From contig JAZSQI010000036.1 in the NCBI GenBank assembly GCA_045537895.1, forward strand, positions 5,157 to 69,156: 64,000 bases of DNA, in the 5' to 3' direction. This DNA is from Clostridia bacterium (GTDB lineage: Bacteria; Bacillota; Clostridia; TANB77; CAG-465). This document shows, piece by piece, positions 60,025 to 64,000 of this stretch. Numbering within the stretch: position 1 is the first letter of the stretch; every line of letters starts with the position of its first letter. The notes under the pieces were generated by a model. That model worked only from the letters and a program-made list of their open reading frames with translations. It did no database searches and was not told the origin of the DNA. The position numbers and the translations under genes were made by a program.

Positions 60025-61104
60025 CTATTTATCAAATCTTCCCACAAAATCCAATGTAGAACAACTATCCAACGGAAGTTTAACAGGTCTTTTTTCTGCT
60101 GCAGATTTATATATAGCAAGAACCATCTCTAAAGCCCTTTTACCCGCTTCTGCATCTACCAATGGTTTTGTATTTGTTTTAATTGCATTTATAACATCTT
60201 TATATAACGGTGTATGTCCAAATCCATATATGTTTTTTGGCATTTCACTATTTTTTTCTTTTATTATATCAGAACTTTCATTTTGGTTTTCAAACACCCA
60301 TTCCTCTAATATATTAACAGATTTACCTCCTGCTTTTACAGTTCCTTTTTGTCCAAATAAATATAATGTTTCTTCTAGATTTTTTGGATATACATCTGTT
60401 GTACCTTCTATTATACCATATGAACCATTTTTAAATTTAACTATCGCAATTCCTAAATCCTCTGCCTCTATAAAATCATGATTAAGGTTATCTGTATAAG
60501 CACAAACTTCTTCTACTTCATCACCCATCATCCATCTTAATAAATCTATATTATGAATACATTGATTCATTAAAGCTCCACCATCTTGTGCCCATGTTCC
60601 CCTCCAAGGAGCTTGAGTATAATAATCTTGTCCTCTATTCCACCTTACATGTGCTGTACCATACATCATTCTGCCAAAATCTCCAGCTTCAATAGCTTGT
60701 CTTATTCTTTGAATCGATTTATTAAATCTATTCTGATGATTAGCGCAAACTACCAAGCCTTTTTCTTTTGATTTTTGAATGATTTTATTTGCGTCTTCGA
60801 TTGATAAAGCTATTGGCTTTTCTATTATAAGATGTGTTCCAAAATCTAAGCAGTCTAAAGCTATTCTTGCATGTTCACCACTTTCTGTAGCTATTGCAAC
60901 TAATTCTGGCTTTTCTGCTTCTAACATTTCTTTGTAATCAGTATATTTTTTTATTTTATCGTTTGCTATTTGTAATTTTTCTAATATACTATCCATGTTA
61001 TGAGGAACAATATCACAAATCCCTACTATTTCTAATTCATTATTTATAGCAGCTTCTAAATGATTTGGTGCTATTCTTCCACAACCTATTAATGCATATT
61101 TCAT
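60025..61104 (-). CDS. Gfo/Idh/MocA-family oxidoreductase (WbpB-like)
   Basis: N-terminal GCGRIAPNH Rossmann motif and an EKP motif. 359 aa. Confidence 0.8.
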   Translation of the reverse strand: MKYALIGCGRIAPNHLEAAINNELEIVGICDIVPHNMDSILEKLQIANDKIKKYTDYKEMLEAEKPELVAIATESGEHARIALDCLDFGTHLIIEKPIALSIEDANKIIQKSKEKGLVVCANHQNRFNKSIQRIRQAIEAGDFGRMMYGTAHVRWNRGQDYYTQAPWRGTWAQDGGALMNQCIHNIDLLRWMMGDEVEEVCAYTDNLNHDFIEAEDLGIAIVKFKNGSYGIIEGTTDVYPKNLEETLYLFGQKGTVKAGGKSVNILEEWVFENQNESSDIIKEKNSEMPKNIYGFGHTPLYKDVINAIKTNTKPLVDAEAGKRALEMVLAIYKSAAEKRPVKLPLDSCSTLDFVGRFDK

Positions 61105-62327
61105 ATTTTTTCCTCCTTTAATTCTTCTAAATATTCTACTAATTCTTTATAAATCTGTTTTGCAACAAATTTTTGATCATATAATTTTTTTGCATTTAAA
61201 GCTATTTCATTGTATTTTTTATTGTCATTTTTTAGCATTAATATATATTCACAAATATAATCACTATCTAACGATGCAACTCCACAATTATTTTCTTCTA
61301 TTAATTCTTTCATATAGCCCTCAGTTGTCAATATTAATGGCAATCCATATGAAGTATATTCACAAAATTTATTTGAAACACTCATTTGAAAATCAAATGT
61401 ATTATTATATGGTGCTAATCCCATTTTAGAATTTTCCAATATAGTTATTAATTCTTGCTTTCCAAGCCATCCATGCAACTTTATATTTGTAACTTCACTT
61501 GCTAATTTCTTTAGTTCATCAAACTTAGGGCCTGTCCCACAAATATTTATAACTATATCCTTATCTTTTAATTCTAATCGTTTTGCTATATCAACTATTT
61601 TTTTATAATCAAACTGATTATTAATTGTTGCAAAAAAAGATATATTAAATTTATGAGCATTCAATATTATTTTGTCATTTTCCTTCACTACAGTATCTTT
61701 TTTGTCATAACCTATGTAGAATGTCCTATCCATATTTGTTTTTTCTCTTTTTCCTTTTCTTAGTCCCCAATTTAGCATAGCATCTGATATAGAGTTTATT
61801 GCTGTAGCATTTTTCATTATTTTTTTTGTCTTATAATCCATATACCAAATATATGGTTTAGCTGCGATTTTAACTATTCCATGTAAATTATGATTAAATA
61901 TATCCGGCCACAAATCTCTTATGTCGACTATCACTGGTACATTGTTCTTTTTTCCATATCTTATTGCTTCTTCTGCATAATCAATTGTAGGAAAAGATAC
62001 ATATATAAGATCAGGCTTTTCCAACTTATTAGCTATTTTCCTAAATTTTAAAGCTAACAATTTATGATTAATTATTCTACTAATTGAAATATTTCTTTTA
62101 TATTTTATTGAATGTATCAAATATATATAGTAATTATCTTTTAATTTCACTATTGTATTTTCATCAAAAAGTTGCTTTTTTTGAAAGTGATCAAATGTAG
62201 CAGAAAACCACATTATTTCATGTCCCTTTTTACTAAGTTCTTCTGCCATCATCCCTGTTCTTAATAATCTACTATCGTTTTTATCAAGTGGCATTATTTC
62301 ACTAGGTTGCATGAGCCATATTTTCAT
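61101..62327 (-). CDS. GT4-family glycosyltransferase
   Basis: 408 aa, GT-B type. 4-nt overlap with the downstream gene. Confidence 0.7.
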   Translation of the reverse strand: MKIWLMQPSEIMPLDKNDSRLLRTGMMAEELSKKGHEIMWFSATFDHFQKKQLFDENTIVKLKDNYYIYLIHSIKYKRNISISRIINHKLLALKFRKIANKLEKPDLIYVSFPTIDYAEEAIRYGKKNNVPVIVDIRDLWPDIFNHNLHGIVKIAAKPYIWYMDYKTKKIMKNATAINSISDAMLNWGLRKGKREKTNMDRTFYIGYDKKDTVVKENDKIILNAHKFNISFFATINNQFDYKKIVDIAKRLELKDKDIVINICGTGPKFDELKKLASEVTNIKLHGWLGKQELITILENSKMGLAPYNNTFDFQMSVSNKFCEYTSYGLPLILTTEGYMKELIEENNCGVASLDSDYICEYILMLKNDNKKYNEIALNAKKLYDQKFVAKQIYKELVEYLEELKEEKI

Positions 62328-63026
62328 TTACTTTAGCACCTCCAAAACCGTTTTTACACAAATCTTCATATCTTCTATCAAACTAAACTTTTTTAAATAA
62401 TCTAAGTTGTATTCCATTTTGTCAGGTAAAATATAATTTACGTATACTGCATCAATGTCATTACACTTTTTTAGATGTTCTTTAATCTTTTCATCTTCAT
62501 TTTTATATTCTATACTAGCTCTTGAAGTAACACCTGCTGGTAAAAGCAATGTTGCCTTCATTTCGTCAGTATAACAATCAACATATTTTTTCACTTCAGG
62601 TCTTGTTCCAACAAACGACATTTCTCCTAAAAATATATTAAATAATTGAGGTACCTCATCAAGGCGTAACTTTCTTATCTTTTTACCAACATTTGTGATC
62701 CTATTATCTTCTCCAATTGTTACTAAACTACCTTTTTTATCAGCATCCTGTATCATTGTTCTAAATTTAAATATTTTAAATATTTTACCATTAGTTGTTA
62801 CTCTTTCCTGTCTGTAGAAAACAGGTCCTTTAGAGTCTATTTTTATGATAAGCGCTATTATAAACATGAAAGGCAATGTTATAATGATTAATACTAAAGA
62901 AAATAATATATCAACTATTCTTTTTACTAATAATGAAATTTTCTTTTTTCTAATAATTTCATAGTATTCTTTTACTTGTTCATTTTTCATATAATCTGGA
63001 ATTTTCTTCCATTTTAATAATAACAT
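62328..63026 (-). CDS. Initiating phosphoglycosyl transferase (small monotopic bacterial sugar transferase, PglC/WbaP C-terminal type)
   Basis: FKFRTM, LDEVPQLFN and MSFVGTRPE motifs. Confidence 0.88.
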   Translation of the reverse strand: MLLLKWKKIPDYMKNEQVKEYYEIIRKKKISLLVKRIVDILFSLVLIIITLPFMFIIALIIKIDSKGPVFYRQERVTTNGKIFKIFKFRTMIQDADKKGSLVTIGEDNRITNVGKKIRKLRLDEVPQLFNIFLGEMSFVGTRPEVKKYVDCYTDEMKATLLLPAGVTSRASIEYKNEDEKIKEHLKKCNDIDAVYVNYILPDKMEYNLDYLKKFSLIEDMKICVKTVLEVLK

Positions 63027-63030
63027 TAAT

Positions 63031-64000
63031 TTAATTCTCCTTTAACACTTCCGTTACATTTTGTATTATAAACTTCACATCCTCATTACTTAGTAATGTA
63101 TGTAATGGTAAAGTTATTTCATTTTTATACATATCATATGCATTTGGAAAATCTTTAATATCATAGCCTAACTCTTTATATGCTGTCATCATTGGTAAAG
63201 GTTTGTAATGTACATTTGTGGGAACCCCTAATTCTGCTAGTTTCACTATAAGGTCATTTCTCTGTTGCTCATTTTTATCTAAAATTCTCATTAAGAATAA
63301 GTGAAAACTTGAAGTATGCTCCTGGTTATAATGTTCTAATACTTGTACATTAAACCCTTTCAATGCATTTTCATACATTTCAACTATTTCTTTTCTTCTA
63401 CTTAATATTGAATTGTACCTACTCAATTGTGCAAGACCAATAGAAGCCATTATATCAGTCATATTACACTTATATCCAGGTATTTTAATATCATATTCCC
63501 AGCTACTTGATTTGCTTTTTTGTAACGCATCTTTATTTTGTCCATGCAAAGATAACAACATAAATTCTTTGTAAAGCTCTTCATTATCTATATTAATGTT
63601 ACTCTTCCAGGTTACTGCCCCTCCCTCTGCAGTAGTTAAATTTTTTACTGCATGAAATGAAAAACTAGTAAAATCTGCTATATTTCCTGTCATAACACCT
63701 TTATATTTAGCTCCTATAGAATGAGCTCCATCAGCTATTACAGCAATTCTTCCTATTTTTTCTTGATATCTAGACATAGGAGTAAATTTATCCTTATTCC
63801 TATTAACAATATCGAATATGGTATCATAATCAGCTGGAATACCTGCTAGATCAACAGCAATAATTGCTTTTGTTTTAGAAGTTATACTTTTTTCTACTAA
63901 AGTATAATCCATCTCCAACGAGTCTTTCTGACAATCAACAAATACAATTTTTGCACCCACATGATTAACAACACTAGCTGATGCTGTATATGTATACGCT
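63031..64000 (-). CDS. DegT-family sugar aminotransferase (PglE/EpsN-like); 5' end beyond the window
   Basis: SFHAVKNLTTAEGG (PLP lysine). The ORF stays open to the window edge upstream of the track's Met. Confidence 0.82.
   Translation of the reverse strand, partial: AYTYTASASVVNHVGAKIVFVDCQKDSLEMDYTLVEKSITSKTKAIIAVDLAGIPADYDTIFDIVNRNKDKFTPMSRYQEKIGRIAVIADGAHSIGAKYKGVMTGNIADFTSFSFHAVKNLTTAEGGAVTWKSNINIDNEELYKEFMLLSLHGQNKDALQKSKSSSWEYDIKIPGYKCNMTDIMASIGLAQLSRYNSILSRRKEIVEMYENALKGFNVQVLEHYNQEHTSSFHLFLMRILDKNEQQRNDLIVKLAELGVPTNVHYKPLPMMTAYKELGYDIKDFPNAYDMYKNEITLPLHTLLSNEDVKFIIQNVTEVLKEN

Overview
AT-rich (about a quarter G+C by eye) chromosomal segment of a low-GC Firmicute, probably a spore-forming Clostridia-like organism (my inference from gene content: ctsR-mcsA, dpaA, class B sortase, der-plsY). 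Almost every gene is on the minus strand. Three blocks are visible. (1) 1-13 kb holds housekeeping and envelope genes: ctsR/mcsA, folD, uppP, dpaA, srtB plus a sorted beta-helix surface protein, tgt and tsaD. (2) 13-26.6 kb looks like one long cell-envelope glycan operon: a GtrB-like Und-P-sugar synthase, several GT2/GT4 enzymes including two multi-domain fusions, a Wzx flippase, two GT-C-like membrane proteins, and an embedded divergent metK. (3) 27.5-44 kb is housekeeping again (lysS, greA, cdaA, pta, plsY, der, pheST, ppa), interrupted by small accessory insertions. From 47 kb to the window edge lies a second glycan locus that encodes the full WbpA/B/E/D/I-type UDP-2,3-diacetamido-mannuronic acid pathway, plus Wzy, a MurJ-like flippase, LCP and an initiating phosphoglycosyl transferase. 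I saw no rRNA, tRNA, CRISPR array, transposase or integrase. The signals most worth a second look are: a promoter- and RBS-equipped mini-ORF built around a (TG)18 microsatellite that encodes (Thr-His)6, sitting in front of an intrinsic terminator; a 77-nt GC-rich three-helix element plus terminator just upstream of der; a ~650-bp cassette flanked by near-identical 30-bp terminator copies that carries a frame-broken PBECR-like nuclease gene; an in-frame TAG splitting a glucuronyl C5-epimerase; a frame break in mcsA; and an orphan MazF-like gene. All functional calls rest on motif and architecture recognition from the translations, because no database search was possible.
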